A DNA stretch of 64,000 nucleotides from Alloascoidea hylecoeti (Eukaryota): positions 1 to 64,000 of the forward strand of contig BCKZ01000025.1 in assembly GCA_001600815.1 (NCBI GenBank), written 5' to 3'. Position numbers and translations under genes: made by a program. Positions 50,526-64,000 of this stretch are shown here, piece by piece. The notes under the pieces are model-generated. The model did not search any database and had not been told where the DNA came from. It saw nothing but the letters and a program-made list of their open reading frames with translations. How positions within the stretch are numbered: position 1 is the stretch's first letter; every line of letters starts with the position of its first letter.

Positions 50526-51287
50526 TTATTGTTTTTTAAAGCCTTGAGCTGCCACAGCCGCCGCACCAATTGCAGCTGCTTCTGGATCCAGATAATAGTA
50601 TGGTTTGATTGGCTTCATATCCTCATCTAATTCATAAACCAAAGGAATACCAGTTGGAATGTTTAATCCTGCAATATCTTTATCGCTAATTTGATCAAAA
50701 TATTTCACCAATGACCTAAGAGTACTACCATGTGCTATAACAAGAACCGTTTTTCCTTCTAAAAGTTGTTGTTTAATATTTGATTCATAAAACGGTATTA
50801 ATCGATTTACAACATCTTTTAAACACTCGGATTTAGGTAACACATCAGGATCTTCATCTTTATACCTTTCATCATGACAACTATTAAATTCAGAATCTTC
50901 TTCAATTGGAGGTGGTCGAACATCATAAGAACGTCGCCACGTCATATATTGTTCTTTTCCATATTGTTCCAAAACTTGACTTTTATTTTTACCTTGTAAT
51001 GCACCATAATGTCTTTCATTAAGCCTCCACGATCGTTTTATATCAAGATATAATCGATCAATTTTATCAAGTACTATATTTGCGGTTTGACATGATCTTG
51101 AGAGTTTTGATGTGAACACAATATCAGGGTATAAATGAGCTTCATTTAATAATCGTCCTGCATTTTCTGCCTCATTAAGACCTTTTTGTGACAGTCTTAC
51201 GTCTACCCAACCACAGAATAAATTAAGATGATTCCATTGTGATTCACCATGACGAACTAATATGAGTTTATGTACTTGAACTGTCAT
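50526..51287 (-). CDS. GPM2: Cofactor-dependent phosphoglycerate mutase family, Gpm2-like
   Basis: [26 protein letters not shown] and HGS rather than Gpm1 FTGW and HGN favour the Gpm2 type; orthology not certain. Confidence 0.8.
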   Translation of the reverse strand: MTVQVHKLILVRHGESQWNHLNLFCGWVDVRLSQKGLNEAENAGRLLNEAHLYPDIVFTSKLSRSCQTANIVLDKIDRLYLDIKRSWRLNERHYGALQGKNKSQVLEQYGKEQYMTWRRSYDVRPPPIEEDSEFNSCHDERYKDEDPDVLPKSECLKDVVNRLIPFYESNIKQQLLEGKTVLVIAHGSTLRSLVKYFDQISDKDIAGLNIPTGIPLVYELDEDMKPIKPYYYLDPEAAAIGAAAVAAQGFKKQ

Positions 51288-52558
51288 GATTTAGCTGTTG
51301 AAAAAGGAGTTTAAATTTAAAAAGAATATGTATATGTGTTTCTAGCGATATTGAATCGAAATATGAGAAAAGAAGGTTATATTTATAATAACTTTATAAT
51401 TCGTCACCAGATATCAAAATAGCTAAGCTTGTAAGGAGGGTAATTCAGGTGATCATTATTTAGTATTTAAACTCAGATTGTTTATACTAAATTAAGTAAG
51501 TAAATCATTGGAATTGCTCACCATGTGTTAGAATATCTAGCTATTATAGCATTTTCAAACTATGCTTGCAACGCGTGGTGCAACTATAACATACCGAATC
51601 ATATACATATGAATACAATACCGTAATATAATAGAAAAGTTCATTCGGAAAGATCATCATTTAAAACTATAATAGATTTAGAGATTAAGTTTCAAATCCA
51701 TTTTCAAGTGTTTCTGTTAGATTCTTCTGAATGACAAACAAGTCTCTCGATTTCTTGAATATATTGTGCTATTCCATCATCGTTTAGATAAACGTAGACA
51801 TGTTATTGCAACTTCAACTGAATCCTGTGGCCATTTTGCTGGATCTGTGACATTCGACCATTTACAATTGACCAACTAAAAGTCTTATACTTTGCTAGAT
51901 AACGTTAAGAGCCCATTTGATGGTTGTAATTACAGAGACCTAGAGGAAAGATGAATCTTTTTTGAACACACTTTTGGGAATCTACTAGAACTGGTAAGGT
52001 TTAGTATCATTCTGATTCATTTATTTCATTCTGATTCATTCTCTTCTTGTAATTAATATTTTTTGTATGGATTTGGAAGTACTCCTGCATATGATTTGTT
52101 ATTAGCGGTAGCTTATCTTTATTTAGTTTATGTTACCAGTAGCTTGGTTTACCAAATCTAAAACAAATCACTTGCAATATTCTATAATAATGGTACAAAA
52201 AATAAAGCCCTTCAGGCCTACTAACCATAACTAATGTTTAAGTTACATCTACGAAAATATTTCCTTAAAATTTAACAAAATTAGGTATAGAAACTGTATT
52301 GTTTAAATTTGTTAGCTAGAGTAAATTAAATACAAAAATACAAATAAAGACTTTCTTTTAAAAATTTGAATTCAAAATTTTAAACATTTTATACTTATTA
52401 ACAAGAGGGTTAATACTGGGATAGAGACAAAACAAAGATTAAGAGAAAACATCAAATATAACTAATTATTATAAGGATATAGGGAAAAAGAGAAGAATTA
52501 AAAATTTGATTTTTTTAAAAGGTTATCAAGTAACTATCAGAGTCGATTTCATTGCTTC

Positions 52559-53985
52559 TTAACGCTTCTTTCCAACACTAATTTGCAATAATTTAATTTC
52601 TTCTTCTAAAGCACGAATACTAGCAGAAGTTTCTTCCAAATCATGGGTAAGTCTATCTCTTTCACTGACAATATTTTGTTCCCATTGTCTAAATCTTTGT
52701 TCTTCAGTTTTAACTTGTCCAGTAAAGAATTTCTTAAGTTCATCTTCTTCATCCTTAAATTTAGGATTGTTAAAACGACGTGGAACATTATCATTGCCAG
52801 ATTTACGAGCTTCCATTCTTTGAGTACGATAGGTTTCATAATGTAATTCTTCAGTAGATAAAATGAGATCTAACATGTGAGTTCTAATCAACAAGCTACG
52901 TAACTTGCGGAAATCACAATGTTGTTCATTTTCAACTTCAGAAACACCCCATAAATATCGTCGACCTTTCACTATTTTACCTTGTGCGTTTTCGACATCC
53001 TCTTCGGAACCAATAACGGTGAAAGGCATAGCTTCAATCAAAGATCTAGCATGTTCAGCAGCAGCTTCATCTTCAGTATCAATAGGTGGAGTATAAATTC
53101 TGATTCCTTGAGCCTCAATAACAGCTCTAATACGGGCTTTAAAATCAAGAATTTCTTGAGGCGATAAAGTATCCGCCTTGGCAATAACTGGGATCAAATT
53201 AACACGAGAACATAATCTTTTCATAATTTCAACATCTAAAGGTTTTAAAGAATGACCAGTAGGTCTAATAAAATAAACACAAGCATGAACTCTTAAATCT
53301 TTGATTTCAGAACGATCTGGTTGCTGTTCTTGTCTCATATAAGTCTCATGTTGATCATCAATAAAATCAATAATTGGTTGCCATGAGTTCTTATTATTGA
53401 CATTATCACCAAACCCGGGCGTATCAATAATGTTTAATTTCATTTTAAAACCTTTTTCTTCTAACTCTGCTCGTGTTATTCCAATCTCGACTGTCTTTTT
53501 AACACTCTTCTTATGGCGGGATGAGTTATCAGTATATGTCTTTAAACTTGTTTCAAAGAGTGTATTAATAAATGTGGTTTTTCCTATTGATGATTAGTAT
53601 CTAATATAATATAAATGTGTAGATATAAGATCTTGAAAATAAACATACCAAGGCCAGATTCACCAGCAACCATAAGGGTGAAAGTACCTCCCTTCTTCGA
53701 AACAATTTTGTGTCTAGAATGGGTGAATAAGTCAGTTTACACATGCAAAAGTAATGATGATAAAAAAGATGATAAAAAAAAGGGAGCGGAAGAAGGAAAA
53801 TGGTGGTTTGTTATCCAGGGGTGACGAACCGCGTCAAACATTCCACTTGGGAAGCAGGAGGTATCAAAGGAATCCGAGCAAGCCCAACACATCCAACCGA
53901 CGACCGACCGGAGAAATAAAGAGCCGCAGCAACAAGAAACATACCTCTGGTTTGGTAAGTTAGCAATTCCGACGGGTTCTACCAT
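52559..53985 (-). CDS. CDC12: Septin Cdc12; exons 53985-53945, 53713-53649, 53583-52559
   Basis: Spliced [56 protein letters not shown], C-terminal coiled coil. Confidence 0.93.
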
Positions 53986-54149
53986 TTTGAAGCTAGATGA
54001 ACTAAAGGAAGGAGGAAAGAAGCAAGAAAGGAGGAAGTCAGATTTCACACTTTCAACGGGTGTCCGGGTGTTCTACTCCTCATTCGGTGGGCACAAACTT
54101 TAGACGACACCCATCACAAACCTTCTGACTTGATTTGACAATTTCAACC

Positions 54150-55350
54150 ATGGCGTCTTTGGCTCTTTCTCCTTATATTCTGAAAGCAATTTCTTCACCT
54201 CCAACTCTGACGCCGGAGGATCTGACTGAAGCAATCCGCTTAATTGTTGCGGGGTATATTTATGAGGTCCAGGCCGCTTCGTTCTTAACTGCGATCAAAA
54301 TGCAAGGTATTGATCATCAACCAGACTTCGTCACTGCCTGCGCATTGGCCATAAGAGAAAAGAGCTCCTTGATTGATCCCACTTTAGTCGATGCCAATGG
54401 TTACGTGGACATTGTTGGAACAGGTGGCGATGGCCAAAACACTTTTAATGTTTCTACATCCGCTGCAATAGTGGCCGCAGGAATGGGTCTAAAAGTTTGC
54501 AAGGTATGATNAACACTCACCAATTGCAATCTTTTCANTTTTTCTCTCTAACAATTCCTCCCTTTTGAATGATATATAGCATGGGGGAAAAGCTTCTACT
54601 TCGAAATCAGGCGCTGGTGACTTGCTAACACACTTGGGAGTCAAGGATTTATCATCCGTCAATTCTTTCACAGTTCCAAATATCGTCCGGGAAAGTAATT
54701 TCTGTTTTTTATTTGCTCCTAGTTTTCATCCGGCAATGAAAATTGTATCTCCGTTACGGGTTAGAATGGGTATTCCAACAATTTTCAATGTCATGGGCCC
54801 ATTACTAAATCCAGCTCCTATTAAAGCAAGAATACTCGGCGTNTATGCTGAAAGTTTAGGAGAAGTTTACGCCCAAGCAATTTATAAAATGGATAAGCTA
54901 TACAGTAGAAAATCATCTACTTTGGTCGTATGGGGAACAGAAGGTCTTGATGAAATATCAATTGCTGGAACCACTAAATTTTGGAAAATTGATCCAGATA
55001 CAGGGAAGTTAGAAACAGGATATCTACACCCATCTGATTTTGGTATTCAAACTCATTGTTTATCAGAAGCTCAAAGTGGAACACCGGAAGAAAATGCAAA
55101 ACTTTTAAAACAGATACTGAGTGGGAAGTTCGAATTAGGAGACCCAATATTTGATTTTATTATTCTTAATGCTGCTGCTTTGGCGGTTGTAGAAGGCACT
55201 GCATCTGATTGGAAAGATGGTGTGAAAAAAGCAGTTGAAGCTATCAAAAGTGGAAGTGCCAAAAAAGCTCTTGATGATTTTCTTAGTGCTACCGATAAAA
55301 TACAGGAAGCTAGAGATAGTACCCCAGTTGTTAATATTACAAGAACTTAG
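54150..55350 (+). CDS. TRP4: Anthranilate phosphoribosyltransferase; exons 54150-54503, 54580-55350
   Basis: DIVGTGGDGQNTFNVST, CK-HGGKASTSKSGAGD, FAPSFHP, GLDEIS. Confidence 0.96.
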
Positions 55351-55498
55351 ATAATAATAATATAGAATTTAAACGGAGGTTTGGGTGTGTTGTTACCNTG
55401 ACAACCAAATCAAATTGTAAACATCAACTCTTATAATTAACTCTTCGCTTCATAGAACTTCGTAAAGCCAGATTTATTTTAAATTTAAATACCATAAG

Positions 55499-58400
55499 AT
55501 GTCTTCTCGGCCGCGACCACTTCTTAATTCGCCCCCGAGTCGCTCCAAGTCGAGTTTTGGATCTGGAGGTCTTGAATTCACCCCTTTATTACGAAGTACT
55601 AAAAAGACACAACCGATGAAATCCAAAACAATGCCTAGATCTCAACTAGGGAAAACCGTCACGAATAGAACATCATCTCCTAGTTTTAATTTAAGTACTA
55701 TCACATCTTTTGATAAGACTGATAGTATGAGTTTGGAAAATATGACAACATTCAATAATACATTTACAAACCCAAATCGATCTAGGAATAGTCCTACATT
55801 AAATAGAGGACAGCAGGGGAAAGATATTTTAGCTGATGGTTCAAATCCATTACGTGAACAACAAATTGTAAGTTTTCCAATAACAACATTTTCTATTTAA
55901 AAATTTTAAATGCCTAACTTAATATTTATTAGATGGCAGATGATCTTCAAAAGGAAAACTTCAGTCTTAAAACAAAGCTTTATTTTTTAATCCAACAATT
56001 AGAAAATAATACCCCAGAACATTACCAATCAACACTAAAAGAAAATATTGAATTAAAAGCTGAAAAAGTTGCAATGCGTTCTGAATTAAATGCATTAACA
56101 AGAGAAAAAGAAAATATAGATACCGCTCTATCTAAAATTGAATCATTATCAACTGAATTAGAAGAAGAAAAATCATTAAAAAATAAATTAGAATCTCAAA
56201 TTGATGAACTTACAGAACAATTACAACAAAAATCACAAAATGATGATGATNATGAAAATGATGAATATTCTACAGAAAAAGATGAAAAAATAAAGGAAAT
56301 GACTAATGAAATTGATAGTTTAAAAGATGAAATAGATCATTTACAAATGCAAGTTAGAATTCAAGAAAATGATGTTTCTGAAAAAGAAGAGGAAATTGAG
56401 GATTTAAAATTTAAAATGAAAGATCTTGAAAAACAAATTGATGAAGTAGAAGAAGCACATGAATCAACTATACAAGAATCATCAAATATCAATTCTTCAT
56501 CAATTAAATTAAGAGATAATAAAATTTCAGAACTTGAATCACAAATATCGCAACTTGAAGATAAATTAAATGAATATGAAAAAAATGAAAATGAATTAGT
56601 TTTAACAAATGAAGAATATGCTCATCAAATTAAGAATTTATTAGAAGAAAAAAATGATAATGATGTTCATTTATTAAAAGAAGCTCAAGCTCATATTGAA
56701 AATTTAGAACATGATTTACGACAGGTACAAAATTCTTCTGAATCAGAAATTGAGTTACTNAATGATAGAATCCAACAATTAAATGAAGAGATTAGAACAT
56801 TGGAGGAAGAAAAAGAATTAGTATTAAAAGAATATAATAGTGCAAAACTAGAAGAATCATCTTTAAAATCAAACTTGACTAGAAGTGATGAAGAAATTGT
56901 GAAACTTCACAACAAAGCGGCTGCTTTGGAAAGAGAGTTAAGAGAAACACATNGCGAATTAGAGTCCGCAATGAATGCGTTAGCTAATAAAGAATCATCT
57001 TCATCGCCAAATTCAAGTAGGATTTCAAATAACTCTAGAGCTGGAGCTTCAAATACTACATTTGATTATACTAGAAATGAATTACAACGAATAACAACCG
57101 AATGTAATAGACTTCAAGTGGAAATAAGTGAGAAATCAGATCAATTAAGACGTCAACAACAAGACTTGGATAAAAAAGAAAATGAATGGTACTTGAAAGA
57201 GAAAAACTTTTCAAAAGATATAACTGATTTAGAACATAAAGTTGAACAATTAACAAGTATGGAAAAATTATCTTCAAAGACTCAATTACTATTAGATGAT
57301 GAAAAGAGGAAATATGATGAATTAAAACAAGGTAGGGATATAGAATTATCTCATTTAAATATAGAACTTAATCAAGCTAAAAATGAACTACAACAAAAGA
57401 CACGTGAAGTATGGGATTTAAAGAAAGAAATTACAGGATTAAGAACAACAGCTAGCTTTAAGAATGATTTATCTCATGGAAATATTTCTTCTTATTCATT
57501 AGCAGCATCTACACCATCTCCTGCAATAAGTAAACATCAATTGGAACTTCAATTAACTAGATCTACACAAGAATGTGATTTGTTAAGAAATTCAATTAAC
57601 AAACTAAGACAGGATAATGAAACACTTAGTGGTGAAAGATATGAAAGCGAAAGGAAACTCATAACTTTAGAGACAAAATTATCCACTTTAAGTCGGGAGT
57701 GTGAAGAGTTAAACAATCAAATTAATCGATCTGAGAAAACCGTACAAATTTATAAGGATAAATTGGATCGCGCAAATCAAAAGTTGGCTTATTCTTCCAA
57801 GGAAGTGGAAAGAATGAAAAAGAAAGTTAATGATCTTGAGGATGATAGAGATAATCTCTTAAATAAAAGCATTAGTAAAAGCTTCACACGAAAAAGCATG
57901 GTTAACTTTATAAGTCAAGAAGATATAGATAGACTTGAACGAAGACTTGAGAAGGAAAAGGAAAATTTACAAACAGAACGACAAAAACGAAAGGAATTAT
58001 TTATAAGGTATAACGCAGTCACAAATGACAAGGAAAAATTACAACTTAAAGTTACAAATATTGGAAAAAAGATGAATTGGATGAATGAACAATTAGATAA
58101 AGCAAAGAAATATTCAAGATCATCAAAAGAAATTGATTATGTAAAACAAAAAAGATCTGATAATAATGGTGTAATTAAAGCAATGGCTGTTCAAATAAAA
58201 CATATGAAAACAAGATTAGAACTTGAAAAAGGTTATAAATCAGATTTAAAATTTATGAAAGAATTTTTCATTATGCAAATTAATTCTTATGAATCTTATA
58301 ATAAAGCAGATTTATACATGTTACAAACAATTGGAATTTATCCAGATTATACAAAATTAAAAGAATATAAAGGAAGGAAAAAATTGAAGATTGTGATATT

Positions 58401-58503
58401 ATCTATAATAGCTGGAATAAGAATAAATAATAGATTTAAAGCTGTCCAACAGTATAAACATGATCATGCTGTTTTTAAATCAAAATTAATACGAACGAAA
58501 TAA
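55499..58503 (+). CDS. SPC110: Spindle pole body gamma-tubulin receptor Spc110/Pcp1; exons 55499-55867, 55933-58503
   Basis: LEFTPL (SPM-like), LREQQI-MADDLQKENFSLKTKLYFL (CM1), long coiled coil, PACT-like end DLKFMKEFF...IGIYPD...KLKIVILSIIAGIRI. Confidence 0.85.
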
Positions 58504-59324
58504 ATATAAAAATACCATAGTCCTATTTTATGTCATTTGTAATTTATGTCAGTTGTTAATTATCATTGTTTTTATATAATCATAGTAGCTATGTTATGTG
58601 CTACTTTCAAATATATGGACATTTTGTCTTTCTTTATGAATGTAGTAAAAAATAGTCTTGGNGTTCTGTAAATCGGTATTAGTTTAACATATAATTGGTA
58701 GAACTTCTTTGAAATACCAATTATAAGTGTTAATTGACACATAACGCAACCGTTTCACTTAATTTTAGCCACGCTGATTATCGCCCATCCGGGCCATCCC
58801 CGCATACAGGTAATAACGCGGCCGAAAATTAGTTATGGGATGGATAATCAATAATCACCATGGCCGAAATTAAGTGAGATGACTGTAAGACATTCTAAAA
58901 ATTTGAACCTATAGCTAATTAATCCAGATAATAAGATTAATGAGGATGATAAGAATGATGAAATGGAAATTCTATATGATTCTGTGGTACCTTTATCAGC
59001 CAATCTAATTTTTGAAAAAGTTCTANTTTCCACATAAAATCAATGGCTCGAGACCAAAACCGGCAATTGTCCATTAAAGAACAAGAAACGATTACCATAT
59101 TTAGACATAGATGTGCGGCTTAAAGCTTATAATTTCCAACACTTGCATATTAATTATACTGTTTCTGCAATAACGGATGCAGAGAGCATAGTAATTCCGA
59201 CATGTAGCCGTCTTCACAGGAATAGTTTTTTGGATATTTTGCTATTATATTTAAATATTAAAGCCATGATCATATAAATACAACACTGAATGCCAAATGT
59301 TTTAAATTTGGATGTATTAAAGAT

Positions 59325-61181
59325 ATGGTTATGACCAAAAAAGTATTGCCATTAGCAGAGGAAACTGTCCCTGAAGGTTCCATCTCAAAAGAGGAAGATT
59401 CAGAAGCACACTATTCACTCAATAATCCTCCAAGTACATCTGATTTAGATTCCAATACTAATATTGAAGCATATGCGTCTAGATCTACAACAGGTGATAA
59501 AAAGACTCACCCATTTAGAATAGCAAAAGATTCTAATTCTGTTTTGGCTANCGCAAACAATAATAAAGACACTACTTACAATACGCCACTGGGATTAACA
59601 TTATCAAGAGTAACAACAAACAATACTAATGAAAGTGATAACAATGAAAGAATGGATACAAACATTTCAAAATTAGCTACACAACGCCCCGATCTATTTA
59701 AAACCACATTGGTAGAATGTCTTGTTATTTTGGTTGCAACAATGGCTCCAGCTACAATGTCCATGACGTCGGGTGCCTTTCAAATTTCTGTCAACAGTGT
59801 ATCTGAATACTTTAATGTTACAGGTGGTAGACTAACCTGGGTGGTCTCTGGTATGTCAGTTTCTAATGGTGCGTTTCTCCTTCTTCTTGGTGGTATTTCT
59901 GATCATTTTGGAAGAAAACGATGTTTTGTTACCTCTTTTGCTTTGTACACTATTGTTTCATTAGTTGGAGGATTCTGCACAAATTTTGTCGCTCTTAATA
60001 TTATGAGAGCTCTTCAAGGAGTTGTATGTGCTGCTGCTATTCCAGCTGGAGCTGGAATTTTAGGTGCGGCTTATCATGCAGGACCAAGGAAAAATAAAGC
60101 TTTGGCTTGTTTTTCAGCAGGAGCTCCTGTTGGTGTTATTGTTGGATTTGTCTGTGGTGGTATATGCGCACAATTTTTATCATGGAGAGCAATTATGTAT
60201 TTCTATGCCATTGTCTATAGCTTACTCACAGTTCTGGCCTATTTTGTGTTACCTAATGATCCCGATGAACTAACCTGGGTAATTGCTAAGAAAAAACTAA
60301 AGAAATTAGATTTTGGAGGTGCTCTAATTGCAATTACCGGTCTTCTATTATTTATTGTTGCACTAACTCAAGAAGGAGCCGAGGAAAAAGGTTGGAAAAC
60401 TCCATATATCATTNCATTACTTATCATTGGATTTTTTCTAATTATTGGATTTTGCTTCTATGAAATTTATATTCCAGCTGAACCATTGATGCCTATGAAC
60501 ATATGGAAAAATACAACCTTTGATCTATGTATGGTAATTATGGCAATTGACTGGTTGTTATTTAACGGTGTTTTAGGATATTATCCTCTGTTATATTATG
60601 AGGAAATTAGAGGAGCTTCTCCAATGTTGACAACGGCTTACGTTATACCAATGGCTATAGGAGGAATTGCTGTTAACATTTTTGCAGCATTCACTTTACA
60701 TATAATTCCCGGTAGAATTCTTTTGATGGCTTCATCTTTGGGATTTCTAGGTGCTACTATACTATGGGCGCTTGCGCCAATTGATATTATTTACTGGGCT
60801 ATGCCATTCCCTGCCTTTATTCTGGTTGTAGTAGGAGCTGATCTTGCCTATAACGTTGTCAATATGGTAGCATTGACGTCAGTTCCAAAGGAATTACAAT
60901 CTACAGCTTCTGGTATCTTTAACACTCTTATTCAGTTAGGAACTGCAATTGGTCTCAGTATCTCATCAGCTATTGTGTCAGCTATTTATCCTGAGTATGG
61001 AAAACCAGGCGAAACTACTGATATCCACAAATTATATCATGCATTTAAAGGAGCCTTTTATTTTGCTGTTGGTTGTGCTGGGGCTGGTATGATTCTTAGT
61101 TTGTTTATCAAAGTTGGCACGGCTGGAAGTAAAAAAGATATACAACGACATAAAGATGAACACAAATTCGAACAGCAGTAG
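59325..61181 (+). CDS. MFS drug:H+ antiporter, DHA2 family, Atr1-like
   Basis: LLLGGISDHFGRKR motif A, RALQG, FSAGAPVG, LDFGGA, GWKTPYII, QSTASGIFNT; many hydrophobic segments. Confidence 0.9.
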   Translation: MVMTKKVLPLAEETVPEGSISKEEDSEAHYSLNNPPSTSDLDSNTNIEAYASRSTTGDKKTHPFRIAKDSNSVLAXANNNKDTTYNTPLGLTLSRVTTNNTNESDNNERMDTNISKLATQRPDLFKTTLVECLVILVATMAPATMSMTSGAFQISVNSVSEYFNVTGGRLTWVVSGMSVSNGAFLLLLGGISDHFGRKRCFVTSFALYTIVSLVGGFCTNFVALNIMRALQGVVCAAAIPAGAGILGAAYHAGPRKNKALACFSAGAPVGVIVGFVCGGICAQFLSWRAIMYFYAIVYSLLTVLAYFVLPNDPDELTWVIAKKKLKKLDFGGALIAITGLLLFIVALTQEGAEEKGWKTPYIIXLLIIGFFLIIGFCFYEIYIPAEPLMPMNIWKNTTFDLCMVIMAIDWLLFNGVLGYYPLLYYEEIRGASPMLTTAYVIPMAIGGIAVNIFAAFTLHIIPGRILLMASSLGFLGATILWALAPIDIIYWAMPFPAFILVVVGADLAYNVVNMVALTSVPKELQSTASGIFNTLIQLGTAIGLSISSAIVSAIYPEYGKPGETTDIHKLYHAFKGAFYFAVGCAGAGMILSLFIKVGTAGSKKDIQRHKDEHKFEQQ

Positions 61182-62906
61182 AGTGTGTCTTATTCTAGGT
61201 AATCGACGAACCAATTAAGTATAAATTTTCTAAAATTTAGAGATATTTAATACAAAGGTCGGCATGGTGGTTTATTTATTAAAAGTCGTATTAAAATGTT
61301 AAGAAGAGTCAATCAGTTACGGCTTATAGTTTTGCATTTGCTTTTAGATTTTTACTAGCTTTCAAACCCCTAAATTTATATAGATGTGCTTTTACGAGTG
61401 ATGATATTGGTGTTTGCATGAATTTATAATTATAACCGTTTTTGATGTCAACATTTACGTGCACCTTTTTTAACTTATACTCTATATTATTAACGTATAT
61501 TAATCTCTTATCTCTTTATATAGTCATGATCACAAAACCACTCCATCTGGGGATGTATATGAATTATAGCTTTAAATATATAGTAAGTTTGACTGTTATA
61601 TCATATGCGTAATTATTTGCAATACATCTATTTATTTAGTTTTACAAATGTGCAATCTTGAGTTAAAAAAAAAAAGACACTCGTTGGAGCTGATAATTAT
61701 CTATTCATCCATTACAAACTGAGGAAATAGTGGTAAAAGGGGAAGAATCAAATCCAAACTTCTTCCAAAAACTTCTTTAAAATGCCTTCGGTTCTTAGAA
61801 GTGATCTTCTAGTTACAAGATAGGGTTCACTCTAAGATATAATACAAAGTATTATAAACAAAAGTAACTACAACTGCAACTACGAGTTGTATTTTGTAAC
61901 AAATACTAGTATAGACATAAAACATAAGCTTAAACGTGAAGCCGAAAAGAACGGTTCTATATCAGGAAGATCTTAAAAACTAAAACGATTATAGCTATAA
62001 GCTTATAGGGCTATAAGTTATGCAATCTCTTTTGACGTTTTGAATAGTCTTATATCACTTATACTCAATTAAAGATACTATTAAATTACTACATTGTGAA
62101 TACTTAGTAGAACTAAACTAAGGGAAATCTGATGCATTGATGCATATGGGTATTAGTATTTGCATTGTAGAGTATAGAGACCAAGTCCTCGAGTGATGAC
62201 AATATTCCACTTGTTTGAATGAGATTAGAATGAAAATTAGATATTGATTCGTTTTTAGCTTAACTATCTTTGTTTAGCTCAAATTTGTTTATAATTACGT
62301 TAGCTTTATCTTAATTGATTAATCGCAACTTTAGTTTTCCTTATTATAAATGAAGAAATTACATATTCTATAAAATTTAATAACATCTGAAGTATATAAG
62401 TAATGGAACCAGAGTATTACATCATAATTAATATAATTGAATAGAACTTGTAGTTGATTGTATAACCATAACATATTAAACCCCAGCCAAACTTAAAAAT
62501 CCACGGACAAGCTAATAACATCAAGGTTCATCATCTTTGGCCTAAGAAAGATGGTGAGTGACGAAAAAAGATAATGAGATATTAAAATTCTATTCGTCAT
62601 TCATAATTATATTTTATTGTAGTTGTTTCCTATCCTCATTTGAATGCCTGATTCCATTGAATAATTAAAGTCCCTTTATTTTTATTTTTTGAGTTGTTGG
62701 CGATTACAATTAGGATTGCGATACTATCATGAAGCTTGATCGTTGAACAAGAANAACTTCAATTAAGGTTTACGTAATGCCTACTTNATGAATTACCCGG
62801 ACGCTATGTGCCAACACTACTCCTCCGGATCTCCAGAAATTCATCAAGAGATCTAAAATAATTGATTGATAATTCGCCACTACTCACACAAATAGTTCAC
62901 AGAGTC

Positions 62907-64000
62907 ATGTCAGGTCGATCCTATACAGATAGGTTTAGAACTGATGACGACGCTCCCGTCAATTACCCCAGGACTTCTACTACTTCTGGTGGCCACACAA
63001 ATGCTAGACTATTGAGATACATAGAAAAGGCATGCAATCCTACTTTTTATGAACCGAATTTAGCTCTAAANCTGGAGGTTGCTGATATGGTGAATTCGAA
63101 AAAGGGAACAAATTCGTAAGCTCATAAATGCAATTGAAGCTCTTTGCCTCCCTAAAGTTTATTGAAATATTAATGATGAAACTCTTATTTAGTCCCCGGG
63201 ATGCCGCCGTTGCAATCGTAAAGTTAATCAACAATCGGAATGCTCATACTGCGGTTCTAGCTGTGGCGGTATGTAATTGTTCCTTGAAACTATCCCGAAT
63301 TAAACACTGACAGATTTATAGCTTCTTGATATATGCGTAAAGAATTGTGGTTATCCTTTTCATCTTCAAATCTCTAGGAAGGAATTTTTAAATGACTTAG
63401 TTAAGAGATTCCCAGAAAGACCTCCTCCAACTTATTCTCGTATCCAAGCTCTAATATTGGAGGCAATTGAAGAATGGACTCAGACAATTTGTAGGACTAG
63501 TCGTTTTAAAGACGATTTAGGGTATATTAGAGATATGCATAGATTGTTGTCTAATAAAGGCTATATATTCCCAGAAATCAACAAAGATGATGCAGCTGTT
63601 TTGAATCCTTCAGAAAGTTTGAAATCTGCCGCTGAAATTGAAGCTGAAGAGCGTGAGGCACAATCAGCAAAATTACAAGAATTAATCCGAAGAGGGAAAC
63701 CAGCAGATTTGAGAGAGGCCAACAAATTGATGAAGATTATGACAGGTGCTGCTAAAAGTACTACAGATGCGAGAGCAGTGGTTGCGGAGGATTTGGATAA
63801 AATCCGTAGGAAATCAGATGTTTTTGCAGAAATGCTTGAAGCAATTAAGGAAGGAGATGATATCGGACGAAATGATACACTAAGCGAGTTATATTCTTCT
63901 TTGAAATCAGCTTCTCCTAAAATTGAAAAGATTTTGTTAGAAGAAAAACAAGATGAAGAAGCGGTTGCCAAACTTTTGGCTCTTAATGACCGTATCCATT
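62907..64000 (+). CDS. GGA2: GGA clathrin adaptor (VHS and GAT domains), truncated by the window edge; exons 62907-63115, 63193-63268, 63322->64000
   Basis: YIEKACNP...EPNLAL, SPRDAAVAIVKLIN, LLDICVKNCGYPFHLQISRKEFLN, QSAKLQELIRRGKPADLREANKLMKIM. Confidence 0.93.

Noticed and set aside
53737..54048. 103-aa ORF on -
   Set aside because: CDC12 exon 1 read through into its intron
54500..63100. Scattered n bases in coding regions
   Set aside because: Ambiguous base calls (heterozygosity or low quality); reading frames stay intact
63561..63971. 136-aa ORF on -
   Set aside because: Antisense shadow of GGA exon 3

Overview
Strongly AT-rich fungal chromosomal DNA, most likely from an intron-rich budding yeast (Saccharomycotina). 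CTG reads as Leu at conserved MAP1 positions. I read about 24 protein-coding genes and hand-reconstructed 21 short spliceosomal introns. Recognisable genes: an OYE/YqjM-type flavin reductase, RPN4, a YBL028C-like gene, RPL19, FES1, PSA1, RGS2-like, DPI8-like, PHO86-like, DER1-like, JID1, an SMK1-like MAPK, VPS15, MMS4, MAP1, CDD1, GPM2-like, CDC12, TRP4, SPC110/Pcp1, a DHA2 MFS transporter and a truncated GGA. There are four tRNA genes (Trp-CCA, Leu-UAA, two Ile-AAU). Several gene orders match S. cerevisiae. Best leads, all hypotheses: (1) an ~89-bp module, partly tandem, ending about 63-76 bp upstream of three tRNA genes, with decayed ORFs reading away from the tRNA (candidate tRNA-targeted element); (2) TpA-rich, CpA-poor decayed repeats suggesting RIP-like hypermutation, which is not expected in budding yeasts; (3) an intronless PD-(D/E)xK-like plus kinase-like ORF resembling Crinkler/Spok architecture; (4) a candidate box C/D snoRNA and a second GC-elevated structured segment; (5) an exact PACE in the RPN4 promoter; (6) several MITE/foldback relics. 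All homology calls are by eye from remembered family motifs; no search was run.
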